Shown in pieces: positions 34,316 through 44,718 of a stretch of DNA of 64,000 nucleotides. Both the position numbers and the translations under genes were made by a program. The first letter of the stretch is position 1. Each line of letters opens with the position of its first letter. Under the pieces are notes generated by a model that saw nothing but the letters and a program-made list of their open reading frames with translations, was not told where the DNA came from and did no database searches. Source of the stretch: a virus; IMG/VR virus record IMGVR_UViG_3300046787_000130, positions 1 through 64,000 of that record; one strand, 5' to 3'.

Positions 34316-37300
34316 ATGGCAAACACCAGTTTTAATTTTAACATTGACCCGTACTACGATGATTTTGAGTCATCAGGCGGCGCAAGAGAGCAAAACTACA
34401 TGCGCATCCTGTTTAGACCAGGAAAGGCAGTACAGGCTCGTGAACTAACTCAGATTCAATCTATTCTACAGAATCAGATTAAATCATTCGGTGACCATAT
34501 TTTCAAGGATGGTTCTCCTGTTCAAGGCGGTCATCTAACCCTAGATGCTAATGCCAAGTCTGTCAAATTGCTACCGCAATATAATAACATTGACATTGAC
34601 TTGACCGATTTCAACGGCAACTTAATCAAGGATACTGGAACTGCTAATGTAAAAGCAGTAGTTGTTGCCGTAGATGATTCTCAGGTAAACCCAACTCTAG
34701 TTGTTAAGTATCTAACCGCGAATGAGTTTACCACTAGTCAGAATCTGCAAGTAGCAAACACTACAATTAACGCTACAACAACTGCTTCTGATGCCTCGGC
34801 TTCCGCATCAACAGTTTCTATCAACGAAGGTATTTTCTACGTTGATGGTTATTTCGTATATGTTGCTGCGCAAACAATTGTTCTAGACCCATACAACAGA
34901 ACACCTAGTTACAAGGTTGGTTTGCAGATTGTTGATGGTATCGTCAATGAATCAACTGACTCATCATTGCTAGACCCTGCTCAAGAATCCTTTAACTTCC
35001 AAGCCCCTGGAGCAACTCGCTATCAGTTTGATTTGGAACTAACAAAGCGCACTCTCACTTCTACTGATGATAGCAAGTTTTTTGAATTGCTGCGCGTCGA
35101 GAATGGAATTATTACAAAGCAGATTGAGTATCCAGTCTACTCAGAGATTGAAAAGACTCTTGCTCGTCGCACATACGATGAATCAGGCGATTACACTGTT
35201 AAGCCATTCCGTGTTACAGTATCTGAAAACCAATCAACCGCAAACACCTTCAAGGTTAACGTTGAACCGGGCAAGGCGTATGTTAAGGGTTATGAGTTTG
35301 AAACATTTGGTACAATCTCATTGGTTAATGACAAAGCCAATACTTCTGCTACAACAAAAGACTACAGTTTCTCGCTAGACTACGGCAGTTATGTAATTAC
35401 ATCAAATGTATACTCAGGCGGCGCTAACGGCTTCTTTGACATTGCATCATACGAATCCGTAGACTTACATACTGTTCCGGTAGCAAGCATTAACACTAAG
35501 TCTTCAGCAGTTTATAGCAACACCAAGATTGGTACGGCTAGAGTTCGCAACATTGACCTAGCAAGCGGTACAGATTACTACGCATATCTTGTTGATATTA
35601 ACACTGCTCCAAAGAACATTACTGTTACCACAGTTACCGCAAACGCGCAGTCCGTAAATCTAGGTAGCACATTCTCTGCATTAGATGATGCGTATAAGGG
35701 TGTCAATCTAAGAACTGTGTCAGGTACTGGAACAGACTCGTATACCAGAACAATCACTTCATACAACGGTACAACTAAGATTGCTGTTGTTGACATTCCA
35801 TTTGCAACTGCACTGGATACGTCATCACCATCTATAGTCAGCCTAGTCTACAATATTAAAGATTGCGACTCCATCGTAAGAGCGCCAACTGTATTTACAA
35901 GCAATATGTATGTCGGACAGGATGCCACAACGCCATTCCTACCATCTATGGATATTGCGTACAACGGTAAGAGCGTTGATGGTAAGGCAGTCCTATTTGA
36001 TGGCAATCGTGGTGGAGTGGTGTATCCTCTTCCTGAGACTTATGTTACTGCATCGGCTTTCTCGGATATCACATACTACAAAAAGAAAGTCTTCACCTCA
36101 ACCAGCGCAGTACCAAGCGGAAGTAACGTAACATTTACTCTTGCTGCTACTGGTAATGAAAAGTTCTTCTTTGGTAATGGCGATTTGTCATCAACAACGG
36201 CAAAGGCTAACTTTATTGTTGTTAACCGTTTTGATGGCAAAACTATGGATTTGGGTGCAACACCAAACCTAGTAAGCCAAGTCTCTGATACCTCATTGAC
36301 CATTCGTATCAAGGGCACATATGCTTCAGCGCAAACTGCTGACATCATTGCTACCTTGCAAGTGCTTGATGCGGGTTCTAGCGGTAAGACTCTCAAGGGT
36401 AACACTTCAAACGCAACTCTAATCGTATCTGATACCTACACAACAGGTGCCGCAGTTCTTAGCACCAGCAGCGGTGTCTATATTAACAAGACTAAGGATG
36501 CGCAAGTTTGGTTTAAGAGTCCATCATACATCCAAAAGACTCCCGGTGTTCCGCAGTCTTTGTATGTAACTGACGTAATTCGTCTGATTAAAGCCTTTGA
36601 CTCAGGTAACATTTCTTGGGCGCCAAACTCAACAAATCAAATTGATATTACAGAACGTTATGTTCTAGATGGTGGTCAGCGTGATAACTACTATGACTTT
36701 GCTACTGTAACTTTAAGAAATGGTTACGCAGCACCAACTGGTCAGACAGTATTCTTGCTCCAGTGCTTTGAGCACAGCGGCTCAACTTACTTCAACTCAG
36801 CGTCATACAGCCCTTACTATACTACAAATCAGATTCCAAACTATGCTACTAAGAATGGCGTAATATCTTTGCGTGATGCTGTTGACTTCCGTCCAACAAG
36901 AGCCAACTCAATCACGACAGACCCAACTACATTTGCACTCTCAACTCGCGACATACCTAGCCCAGACTTCTTCTTCCAAGCAACATACAACTACTATGTG
37001 CCTAGAATTGACAAGTTGGTGCTAACTCGCGATAAGGAGTTCAAGATTGTTAAGGGTGTAGCATCTATTGCTCCAGTAATGCCACCAAACTCTGATGATG
37101 GCATGACGCTCTACAATCTCTACATTCCACCATACACAGCAAACGTTGCTGAGATTGGTATTGAATACGTTGAGAACAAGCGTTACACGATGCGTGATAT
37201 TGGCGCACTAGAGAAGCGTGTAGAGAATATTGAATACTACACATCACTAAATGTTCTAGAACTACAAGCAAGAAATGAAACTATTCTTTATGAAGACAAT

Positions 37301-37984
37301 GTTCTAGAAAAGGAAAAGTATGGTATTGTTACTGATGATTTTACTGACTTTACTGTGGCTGATGGAACTAGTGCCGACCTAGTGTGCAACATCTCCAAGG
37401 CTAGACTTGGACCTTATCGCGCACAGAAGCCTTTCAAACTAGATTATCAATCAGTATCAGGTTCAATCAGCATTAATGATAGAACCATTTCGTTAGCATA
37501 TTCACAAGAAGCCTGCATTACGCAGAATACCGCAACCAAGGCAATTACTGTGCAGCCATATGAGTTTGCTCAGTTCTATGGCTCAATGAAGTTGTTCCCA
37601 GAAACTGACTACTGGTACAGCACTCAATTGGTTCCAGAAGTATTAACTGCATCAACGCAGATTTCTCCGCATTTAGAACGACCGCCATCACCGCCAGAGC
37701 CAACCCCAGCACCAGAAATTAATCCTTCTGCAAATTTGGTAAGCGCACCTGTTACAGTTGGTCTACCAAACTTCTGGCAGAATCAGATTAACCCTGTTGA
37801 CGGATTTGGTACTATAGATATCAATAGCAACTGGTTTGGTGCAGGACTTGCTACGCCTTGGATTGCTCCTAGCGTATCCAACTTTGACATAACTTTTGGT
37901 AGCAATATTCCAGGCATAAGTGGTGTTAGCGGCGGTCTTAGTGGAATAAATCGTTTAACTGGCGGCACAGTCGCCCAAGTTTAA
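34316..37984 (+). CDS. VrlC-like / DUF4815 virion structural protein, part 1
   Basis: PYYDDF, LFRPG.AVQARELTQ.QS.LQNQ, ARRTYDESGDY, YTMRDIG.LEKR. Confidence 0.85.
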   Translation: MANTSFNFNIDPYYDDFESSGGAREQNYMRILFRPGKAVQARELTQIQSILQNQIKSFGDHIFKDGSPVQGGHLTLDANAKSVKLLPQYNNIDIDLTDFNGNLIKDTGTANVKAVVVAVDDSQVNPTLVVKYLTANEFTTSQNLQVANTTINATTTASDASASASTVSINEGIFYVDGYFVYVAAQTIVLDPYNRTPSYKVGLQIVDGIVNESTDSSLLDPAQESFNFQAPGATRYQFDLELTKRTLTSTDDSKFFELLRVENGIITKQIEYPVYSEIEKTLARRTYDESGDYTVKPFRVTVSENQSTANTFKVNVEPGKAYVKGYEFETFGTISLVNDKANTSATTKDYSFSLDYGSYVITSNVYSGGANGFFDIASYESVDLHTVPVASINTKSSAVYSNTKIGTARVRNIDLASGTDYYAYLVDINTAPKNITVTTVTANAQSVNLGSTFSALDDAYKGVNLRTVSGTGTDSYTRTITSYNGTTKIAVVDIPFATALDTSSPSIVSLVYNIKDCDSIVRAPTVFTSNMYVGQDATTPFLPSMDIAYNGKSVDGKAVLFDGNRGGVVYPLPETYVTASAFSDITYYKKKVFTSTSAVPSGSNVTFTLAATGNEKFFFGNGDLSSTTAKANFIVVNRFDGKTMDLGATPNLVSQVSDTSLTIRIKGTYASAQTADIIATLQVLDAGSSGKTLKGNTSNATLIVSDTYTTGAAVLSTSSGVYINKTKDAQVWFKSPSYIQKTPGVPQSLYVTDVIRLIKAFDSGNISWAPNSTNQIDITERYVLDGGQRDNYYDFATVTLRNGYAAPTGQTVFLLQCFEHSGSTYFNSASYSPYYTTNQIPNYATKNGVISLRDAVDFRPTRANSITTDPTTFALSTRDIPSPDFFFQATYNYYVPRIDKLVLTRDKEFKIVKGVASIAPVMPPNSDDGMTLYNLYIPPYTANVAEIGIEYVENKRYTMRDIGALEKRVENIEYYTSLNVLELQARNETILYEDNVLEKEKYGIVTDDFTDFTVADGTSADLVCNISKARLGPYRAQKPFKLDYQSVSGSISINDRTISLAYSQEACITQNTATKAITVQPYEFAQFYGSMKLFPETDYWYSTQLVPEVLTASTQISPHLERPPSPPEPTPAPEINPSANLVSAPVTVGLPNFWQNQINPVDGFGTIDINSNWFGAGLATPWIAPSVSNFDITFGSNIPGISGVSGGLSGINRLTGGTVAQV

Positions 37985-38000
37985 TAGGTAAAAAGCAAAT

Positions 38001-40754
38001 ATGGCTACACAAAATCCAATTACGGTTACTTCAGGTCAGTTTCTAGTTGACACCAGCATCGTACCTTTCATCAGAAAGAACGATGTTGAGTTTGCAGCTG
38101 GTGACCTTAAGCCATACAAAACTGCAAACTTCTTTTTTGATGAAACAGATGTTAGCCGATTTGTTCAGAATCCTTCAGTACTAACAGCAAGTGAAACTAC
38201 AGACCTTGGACTATCTCGCGGCAACAAACTCTACAACCTAACAACTAAAGCATATGCTAGTGTTGTTGATGCCTCCCCAAACAATACAATCTCGCTAAAT
38301 GAAGATTACTTAACGGTCAATATTGCTGGCGTCCTACTAACATCATCATCCTACGCTAGAGGCGATGTTGTTTATCAGAATGGCGCTGCAACTGGTGCTG
38401 CTAATGCTGACTCAAATACCTTTATGGCTAGAGTTGAGTATTGGGATGTTGCAAACACCATTCTAATCCTGACACCGCAGCACGGTACATTAAATTATGC
38501 GTCAGGTGTTGGCAACACTTTGTTTAAGGTTCCTAGCACAAGCGCAACAAGCAATGTTCGTAGTGTTGTTGGTGCTACGCCAAGTGCTAGATTTACAAGT
38601 GGTCAGACTGTAGTAAATCTTGATGCGCCGGCAACAACTCTAACAGTAGCAACATATCAGCACTACTCAGGACAAGTCCTAGTTGTTGATGGTGCAACTA
38701 GCACAATTAATGTAACATCAAATCTAATTAACACTGGAGTTGGTTCTGGTAATCTAATTCGCATTACATCAGGAACTGGCTTGGGTCAACTGCGTAGCAT
38801 TTCTAGCATTGACTCTACTGGTATGAAGATTACCCTAAACTCCGCACTTAGCGTAGCCGTAACTAGCAACTCAAGATACTCCATTGCTACACCTACAGTT
38901 AACCAGTATGGTAGAATCTCTGGTATCTTTACAATTCCAGAAGACTCTTTGCTCAAGTTCAGAACTGGCGAAAGACTGTTCACCATTACTGACGCATCAA
39001 CAGCAACTGACCAAGATGCTGAAATGCGCTCAACAGCAAAGTATGTTGCTTCAGGTCTGTTAAACAGAACTCAAGAACTAAGAATTACTCCAATTGTACA
39101 AGTGCCACCGCCACCAGCGCCAACACCTCCACCAATCGTACAACCTCCAACTCCAGTAATTCCTCGTCTTCGTCGCGACCCTGTTGCGCAAACATTCTTC
39201 ACGCCAAAGCCAAAGAGCCAAAAGCAAAATTACGGTATCTTTGTATCTTCTGTAGACTTATTCTTCAAGAGCAAGCCATCATTAAGCGTTGGTGCACCTC
39301 AACTGCCAGTAACTGTTCGATTGGTTAAAACCGCAAATGGTTTTCCAACACAAGATGTTCTAGCATCCGCAACTGTTTATCCTGCAAGCGTTAATACGAC
39401 AAACGGCATAGATGTATTACCAGACTCAACAAATTCTTCAACATATACCAGATTTACTTTTGGTGACCCAGTATATCTTGAAGCCTCATCTGAGTATGCG
39501 TTGGTTGTTGCATCAGAATCACCTGACTATGAAGTTTGGATTTCTGAACTAGGTCAGAACATTCTTGGCACAAACCGTCGCGTTTCTGAGCAGCCATACG
39601 CAGGAAGTTTCTTCCGCAGTCAGAATGCTTCAACCTGGACACCATTCCAGAACCAAGACTTGATGTTTGTTGTTAACAAAGCAGTCTTTACAACAAGTCC
39701 TGCAACACTAACATACAGCATTCAACCTGCTACAGCAAATTCATATGCCGATGAAATTCTAGTTCACGCATCTGATGTTACCTTCCCAGTAGCAAATGTG
39801 TCTTACTTTGCAAAGACAACGTTGGCAAGTGACCTAAGCAAGGATGCTGCATACTTCCAAATCACTCCTAATGAACTGTACAAGTTTGGTAAGGATTTGA
39901 AGAATTCTTCTAAGAATAACAATCGCAGAAGAATTATTCAGGCTGGTGATAAGAACACGCTAAACGTACAGGTTTCGTTGCTAACAAGCGACTCAGATGT
40001 ATCACCAATCTTTAATGCTGAAAGATTAAGTGTTGTTGCTATTGAGAATCAGATTAATGCTGGCTCACTAACAAGCAACAATGTTACCATTACTAATGGC
40101 GGTGGACAGCACTCAACCAATACTGGAATTGTAGTTACTGTTTCTGCACCGCAGTTGGCTAATGGCACAACCGCAACCGCAGTAGTTCTCAACTCGCAGA
40201 TTGTTGGCGGCAACATTACTGGCGTATTTGTAACAAGCGCAGGTTCAGGATATGTTGAAGCCCCAACAATTACAATTACAGACACTGCTGTAGCATCTCC
40301 ATATGCTAACGCAACCGCAGTAGTTGCTGGTGAGAACTCTAACTATGGCGGTAACGCTAAGGCTAGATATATCACAAGAAAGATTACTCTTGCTGACGGA
40401 TTTGATGCTGGCGATTTAAGAATGTATATTCGCGCAGCACGTCCGCAAGGCACTAATGTTGTGGCATACTATAAGGTTCTTTCAACTGAAGACCCTGCAA
40501 ACTTCTTTGACAAGAAGTGGCAGAGATTAAACTTGGTTAAAGATTTGTATTCTCCTGACCAGGATACAACAGTTGAACTACAGTATCGTCCTTCAACAAA
40601 TAGCGGTAAGTTAGCATACACTGAGAATGGAGTAATCTATCCTCTTGGCGGTAAGTTTAAGCAATTTGCAATCAAACTTGTTCTTCTTGCGGATGACCCA
40701 TCGGTTGTTCCATATGTAAAGAACATGAGAGTGATTGCAACACCTGAAGGCTAA
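38001..40754 (+). CDS. VrlC-like virion structural protein, part 2
   Basis: FRTGER.F, DPVAQTF, SVDLFF, GSFFRSQNASTWT..QDLMF, FKQFAIKLVL. Confidence 0.85.
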   Translation: MATQNPITVTSGQFLVDTSIVPFIRKNDVEFAAGDLKPYKTANFFFDETDVSRFVQNPSVLTASETTDLGLSRGNKLYNLTTKAYASVVDASPNNTISLNEDYLTVNIAGVLLTSSSYARGDVVYQNGAATGAANADSNTFMARVEYWDVANTILILTPQHGTLNYASGVGNTLFKVPSTSATSNVRSVVGATPSARFTSGQTVVNLDAPATTLTVATYQHYSGQVLVVDGATSTINVTSNLINTGVGSGNLIRITSGTGLGQLRSISSIDSTGMKITLNSALSVAVTSNSRYSIATPTVNQYGRISGIFTIPEDSLLKFRTGERLFTITDASTATDQDAEMRSTAKYVASGLLNRTQELRITPIVQVPPPPAPTPPPIVQPPTPVIPRLRRDPVAQTFFTPKPKSQKQNYGIFVSSVDLFFKSKPSLSVGAPQLPVTVRLVKTANGFPTQDVLASATVYPASVNTTNGIDVLPDSTNSSTYTRFTFGDPVYLEASSEYALVVASESPDYEVWISELGQNILGTNRRVSEQPYAGSFFRSQNASTWTPFQNQDLMFVVNKAVFTTSPATLTYSIQPATANSYADEILVHASDVTFPVANVSYFAKTTLASDLSKDAAYFQITPNELYKFGKDLKNSSKNNNRRRIIQAGDKNTLNVQVSLLTSDSDVSPIFNAERLSVVAIENQINAGSLTSNNVTITNGGGQHSTNTGIVVTVSAPQLANGTTATAVVLNSQIVGGNITGVFVTSAGSGYVEAPTITITDTAVASPYANATAVVAGENSNYGGNAKARYITRKITLADGFDAGDLRMYIRAARPQGTNVVAYYKVLSTEDPANFFDKKWQRLNLVKDLYSPDQDTTVELQYRPSTNSGKLAYTENGVIYPLGGKFKQFAIKLVLLADDPSVVPYVKNMRVIATPEG

Positions 40755-40758
40755 TATA

Positions 40759-40968
40759 ATGAAGTATATGAAAGTAAAAGATGAAACTCACTTGGTTAGG
40801 GATGTCTATAGTAAAGCAATCCTTAACACTGACAAGGACATCTTAAAGAAACACGACATGAAGATGCGTCAGGTTGAACGAGATAAGCGTCAGAACGAAG
40901 AAATAAATAGTTTGAAAGACGAAATCAATGAGTTAAGAAAACTCATTGAAAATATGCTCAAGAGGTAG
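40759..40968 (+). CDS. small coiled-coil protein (LVRD..SKAILNTD)
   Basis: Typical gene after VrlC-like in T4-like phages. Confidence 0.75.
   Translation: MKYMKVKDETHLVRDVYSKAILNTDKDILKKHDMKMRQVERDKRQNEEINSLKDEINELRKLIENMLKR
40902..40909 (+). promoter_or_regulatory. probable late promoter
   Basis: AATAAATA upstream of fibre gene 40974. Confidence 0.5.
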
Positions 40969-40973
40969 AGTAG

Positions 40974-42089
40974 ATGGCTAATGCAAATATTAGTGAAATT
41001 GTCTTATCAGACACATTTAATACATGGGTGCAAAGACACAATGTAGTAGCAAATACTATCAATGTCCTCCGCAATGGTGCTTACTATAAGGATGGGGGCA
41101 GTCTCACTCTAAATGTTGCTACTACCATTTCTGATAATGGCACCTTAACGTTGTCTAAGACTACCGGTACAGTTCTTTCTGTTGCCGGTAATACCTCCAT
41201 ATCCAAGGATTTGTTCTTAGGACCAACCAGTATTAATGTTAATTCTGTATTAGCAAATACACCTAATACTGCTAGAGTTTCTGCTAACGGCAGCTCAACG
41301 CTATCAGCACAACAAATTAATTTTGTCAATACTGCAACCATTCAAGTATCAGTAGTTTCAGGAGCAGGTGCTGCAGCAGGTAATGCTAATGTATCTTTCT
41401 CTGTTGTTGGCGGTGCTGGAACACAAGGTGCTCAAGGTACTCAAGGTCTTCAGGGTTTGCAAGGGCGCCAAGGTGTTCAAGGAACACAAGGAATAGGTTC
41501 TCAAGGCGTACAAGGTCTTCAGGGTGTTCAAGGAACAGGTTCACAAGGTACTCAAGGCGCGCAAGGTTCTGGCTCGCAAGGTTCTCAAGGTGCTCAAGGT
41601 GCTGGTTCTCAGGGTCTACAAGGTCTTCAGGGCGTTCAAGGAACAACTGGACCAGTAGCAGGTTCAACCGGACAATTAATATACAACAATGCTGGTAGTG
41701 CTGGTGGCGCAAGTGGAACAAGTTTCGATTCATCAACAACTACATTAACAGCAACAGCAAATGTTCGATACACGGGAACAATTGTTGACACTCCAATCGT
41801 CTCTACTAGCGCAAGTGCTACCTATAGCGAAAATGCTGCTGGTAAGGTTGTTATTGTTGATACTTCAATTGGCGCAAGAACAATCACCTTTGCTGCGGCT
41901 GCATATGCTGGATTTAGCACTACAGTAATTCGCGCAGGTACTGGCAATGTAACCATTGCTCCCGGTGCTGGTGTTACAAAGCAAAACAGTTCAAGTTTCT
42001 CAACTGCAAATATCGCAACCTCATATTCAGCTGCAACAGTTATATACTCAGCAACTAATGAAATTATCTTGGTGGGAGATATTCTGTAA
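40974..42089 (+). CDS. fibre protein with Gly-X-Gln collagen-like segment
   Basis: SDTFNTW N-terminal attachment motif; GXQ repeats; C-terminal ~95-aa module shared with 54261 gene. Confidence 0.75.
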   Translation: MANANISEIVLSDTFNTWVQRHNVVANTINVLRNGAYYKDGGSLTLNVATTISDNGTLTLSKTTGTVLSVAGNTSISKDLFLGPTSINVNSVLANTPNTARVSANGSSTLSAQQINFVNTATIQVSVVSGAGAAAGNANVSFSVVGGAGTQGAQGTQGLQGLQGRQGVQGTQGIGSQGVQGLQGVQGTGSQGTQGAQGSGSQGSQGAQGAGSQGLQGLQGVQGTTGPVAGSTGQLIYNNAGSAGGASGTSFDSSTTTLTATANVRYTGTIVDTPIVSTSASATYSENAAGKVVIVDTSIGARTITFAAAAYAGFSTTVIRAGTGNVTIAPGAGVTKQNSSSFSTANIATSYSAATVIYSATNEIILVGDIL

Positions 42090-42541
42090 TGACTTTTTTG
42101 CGACGTGGAGCATCATTTAAGTCTGACAAATATAGAGTTGAACTTGGCGAGTTTATCAGTCCACAAGTTAACTCTTATGGTGCAGGCGGTTCAGGCGGAG
42201 TTGGATTGTACATTTATAATAACGGCTTTATGGATGCTACTGGAACTAAAAGCAGACCTGAAGGTGTAATTTTAAATACTTTTACCAATAGAAAGTGGAA
42301 ATTATCACAAAGTCTTGCAAGCACCTACTACGTTAGAGCCACTGATAATGGAAGTATTGACGTTCCTGGTGGTAGCGGATTTGATACTTGGTTGCAATTA
42401 AATACAACTAGAAGTTGGACATTGTCAACATCAGCAAATGATGTAAGTTCAGATTTTATAATTGAAATTGCAGCTGATTCTGGCGGACAAAGAATACTAG
42501 ATACAGTAGGCGTTCATTTTGAAGTATTTGTATCAGGGTAA
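42089..42541 (+). CDS. hypothetical tail-associated protein
   Basis: TAATG overlap in fibre cluster. Confidence 0.65.
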   Translation: MTFLRRGASFKSDKYRVELGEFISPQVNSYGAGGSGGVGLYIYNNGFMDATGTKSRPEGVILNTFTNRKWKLSQSLASTYYVRATDNGSIDVPGGSGFDTWLQLNTTRSWTLSTSANDVSSDFIIEIAADSGGQRILDTVGVHFEVFVSG

Positions 42542-42544
42542 TCT

Positions 42545-43249
42545 ATGAGACATCAATTATTGTTCGGAACAACTCGCGGATATCAAGTTGACCTTAACCC
42601 AGGTGGAGGTTCGTTTTCTGCTACAACCTATGATACATTAGGTATTGCTGGAACTACAATTGGTACTAGCGGAAGTTTAACTATTCCTTCCGGCGCTGCG
42701 CAGATTGTCGTAGAAATCTGGGGCGGCGGCGGTGGCGGTGCTGGCGGCTATTATGACACTAACGATTATGGTGGCGGTGGCGGCGGTTCTGGTGGTTACA
42801 CTAAGATAACACGCGCTCTTGTTTCTGGAGATGTAGGTAAAAGCGTATCTTGGTCTAGAGGCGCAAAAGGTGTTGCTGGAACAAATGAAATTGCACCTAA
42901 TTCTTCAGTTGTTTGTCCCGGTACTAATGGCGGGCAATCTACCTCTGCTGGCGCTACGTTAACAAATAGTTTTAGCATCACTGCGGGCGGCGGTCAAGGT
43001 GGTCAAATTGATACCACGGCACCATTTACGAGTGGCGGCAGTGCCGGTACTACTTCTGGCGGTGATGCCGGCAGCAGTGCTGGTACAGCAGGAACTACTG
43101 GTAGCACTGATACTATTGGTCTCGGAGGTGCCGCTAAAGTTGGCATTAGTAGCAGAAGTGCTGGTGCTGCAGGTGATGGTGGATTATATTTGGGTGGAGA
43201 TATTCCAACTGATGGTGGAGATGGTAGAGTTATTATCTATCTCACCTAA
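42545..43249 (+). CDS. glycine-rich domain virion protein
   Basis: VEIWGGGGGGAGG...GGGGGGSGGY...GGDGRVII. Confidence 0.8.
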   Translation: MRHQLLFGTTRGYQVDLNPGGGSFSATTYDTLGIAGTTIGTSGSLTIPSGAAQIVVEIWGGGGGGAGGYYDTNDYGGGGGGSGGYTKITRALVSGDVGKSVSWSRGAKGVAGTNEIAPNSSVVCPGTNGGQSTSAGATLTNSFSITAGGGQGGQIDTTAPFTSGGSAGTTSGGDAGSSAGTAGTTGSTDTIGLGGAAKVGISSRSAGAAGDGGLYLGGDIPTDGGDGRVIIYLT

Positions 43250-43252
43250 ATA
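43245..43252 (+). promoter_or_regulatory. probable late promoter
   Basis: CCTAAATA before gene 43281. Confidence 0.5.
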
Positions 43253-43280
43253 CATGATACTCTAACGCAGAGACGCTATC

Positions 43281-43613
43281 ATGGCATATGTAGAACTTAC
43301 CATCGACCAAGGCACCACATTCGAAACTTCTGTAAGTTTGACGAATGATGACCAGACCGCAATTAATATCACAAATTATGGGTTTGCATCCCAAATTCGC
43401 AAATCATACTACTCAACAAATCCTGTTGCTAACCTTACAGTAACCATTGCGGATGCTGCTACAGGTAATGTTAAACTATCTATGACGGCTGCTAATACCG
43501 CTAATGTTAGGGCTGGTAGATACCTTTATGACCTAATAATGACTGATACTGGCGGCGTAAAAACTAGGGTGATTGAAGGAATTATTACCGTCACTCCACA
43601 GGTTACTAGATGA
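43281..43613 (+). CDS. conserved virion adaptor protein (IDQG.TF...GRYLYD...RVIEG.ITVTP)
   Basis: Motif pattern common before fibre genes in T4-like phages. Confidence 0.8.
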   Translation: MAYVELTIDQGTTFETSVSLTNDDQTAINITNYGFASQIRKSYYSTNPVANLTVTIADAATGNVKLSMTAANTANVRAGRYLYDLIMTDTGGVKTRVIEGIITVTPQVTR

Positions 43614-44386
43614 AAATTAATGTAACGAATAACAATAAAGTTGGTGGCGTTACAGTATCAACATCGCCATCAGTAGATAAGGTTAGCCTTAAAAGCGGCG
43701 CACCTGGTCCTGTAGGTTTAACTGGCGCACAAGGCACTCAAGGTACACAAGGTGCTGGTAGCCCCGGTTCTCAGGGCGCTCAAGGTGCTCAGGGCGCACA
43801 AGGCGTACAGGGTTCAGGTAGCCAAGGTATTCAAGGACTACAAGGTGTACAAGGCTTAACAGGCGCTGGTAGTCAAGGCGCTCAAGGAACTGCAGGTTCT
43901 GGTGTTCAAGGCGCTCAAGGTGTTCAAGGGACGTCAATCCAAGGGGCTCAAGGAACAAGCGTCCAAGGCGTTCAAGGAACTTATGGACCCCAAGGAACTC
44001 AAGGAATTCAAGGGATAACTGGAAGCGTCTCTCTTTGGTCAAGAAAAACTAGTAATTATACTACCTCAAGTAAAGATAGAATTATCGCGGATACATCAGG
44101 CGGTGCATTTACTATTACGCTTCCAGCAACTCCTGTAACTGGTGATTTTATTTCTATCTATGATGGTGCAGATTTTAGTGCAAATCCTCCAATAGTAGAC
44201 AGAAATGGTTCTACAATTGAAGGATATGCTGATAACGTTGCGCTGGATATCGGTGGAACAACATACGATTTTGTTTATGACGGGACGACTTGGGAAATTA
44301 CTGCTGCATTAGGAAAACAAGGCATACAAGGTGCTACTGGTACTGGCGGTACTGGATTAGATATTTTTATGCTGATGGGAGTTTAA
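43610..44386 (+). CDS. collagen-like fibre protein with gp10-like C-terminal domain (DTSGGAFTITLPA)
   Basis: GXQ repeats; DTSGGAFTITLPATP.TGD...RNGSTIEG...YDGTTW. Confidence 0.75.
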   Translation: MKINVTNNNKVGGVTVSTSPSVDKVSLKSGAPGPVGLTGAQGTQGTQGAGSPGSQGAQGAQGAQGVQGSGSQGIQGLQGVQGLTGAGSQGAQGTAGSGVQGAQGVQGTSIQGAQGTSVQGVQGTYGPQGTQGIQGITGSVSLWSRKTSNYTTSSKDRIIADTSGGAFTITLPATPVTGDFISIYDGADFSANPPIVDRNGSTIEGYADNVALDIGGTTYDFVYDGTTWEITAALGKQGIQGATGTGGTGLDIFMLMGV

Positions 44387-44390
44387 GGGA

Positions 44391-44717
44391 ATGGCAACAA
44401 CATATAAGGTGCTTGGTCAATCTGCACCATCAGCAACAACCAATACAGATTTGTATACCGTTCCGTCAGCAAATTCTGCGGTGTGCTCTACAATAGCAAT
44501 CTGTAATCGCAGCACTTCAGCAAACTATAGAGTAGCAGTTAGACCAGCAGGTGCGGCAATCGCAAATCAGCACTACATCATATATGACAATTATGTAAAT
44601 CAATATGATACGGTATTTTTAACTTTGGGCATAACTCTCGCAGAAACAGATGTTGTTACAGTATATGCTGGTAGCGCAAACCTTTCATTTTCGCTATTTG
44701 GTTCGGAAATAGCCTAA
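44391..44717 (+). CDS. small virion protein (YKVLGQSAP...FGSEI)
   Basis: Recurrent tail-associated family motif. Confidence 0.75.
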   Translation: MATTYKVLGQSAPSATTNTDLYTVPSANSAVCSTIAICNRSTSANYRVAVRPAGAAIANQHYIIYDNYVNQYDTVFLTLGITLAETDVVTVYAGSANLSFSLFGSEIA

Positions 44718-44718
44718 T

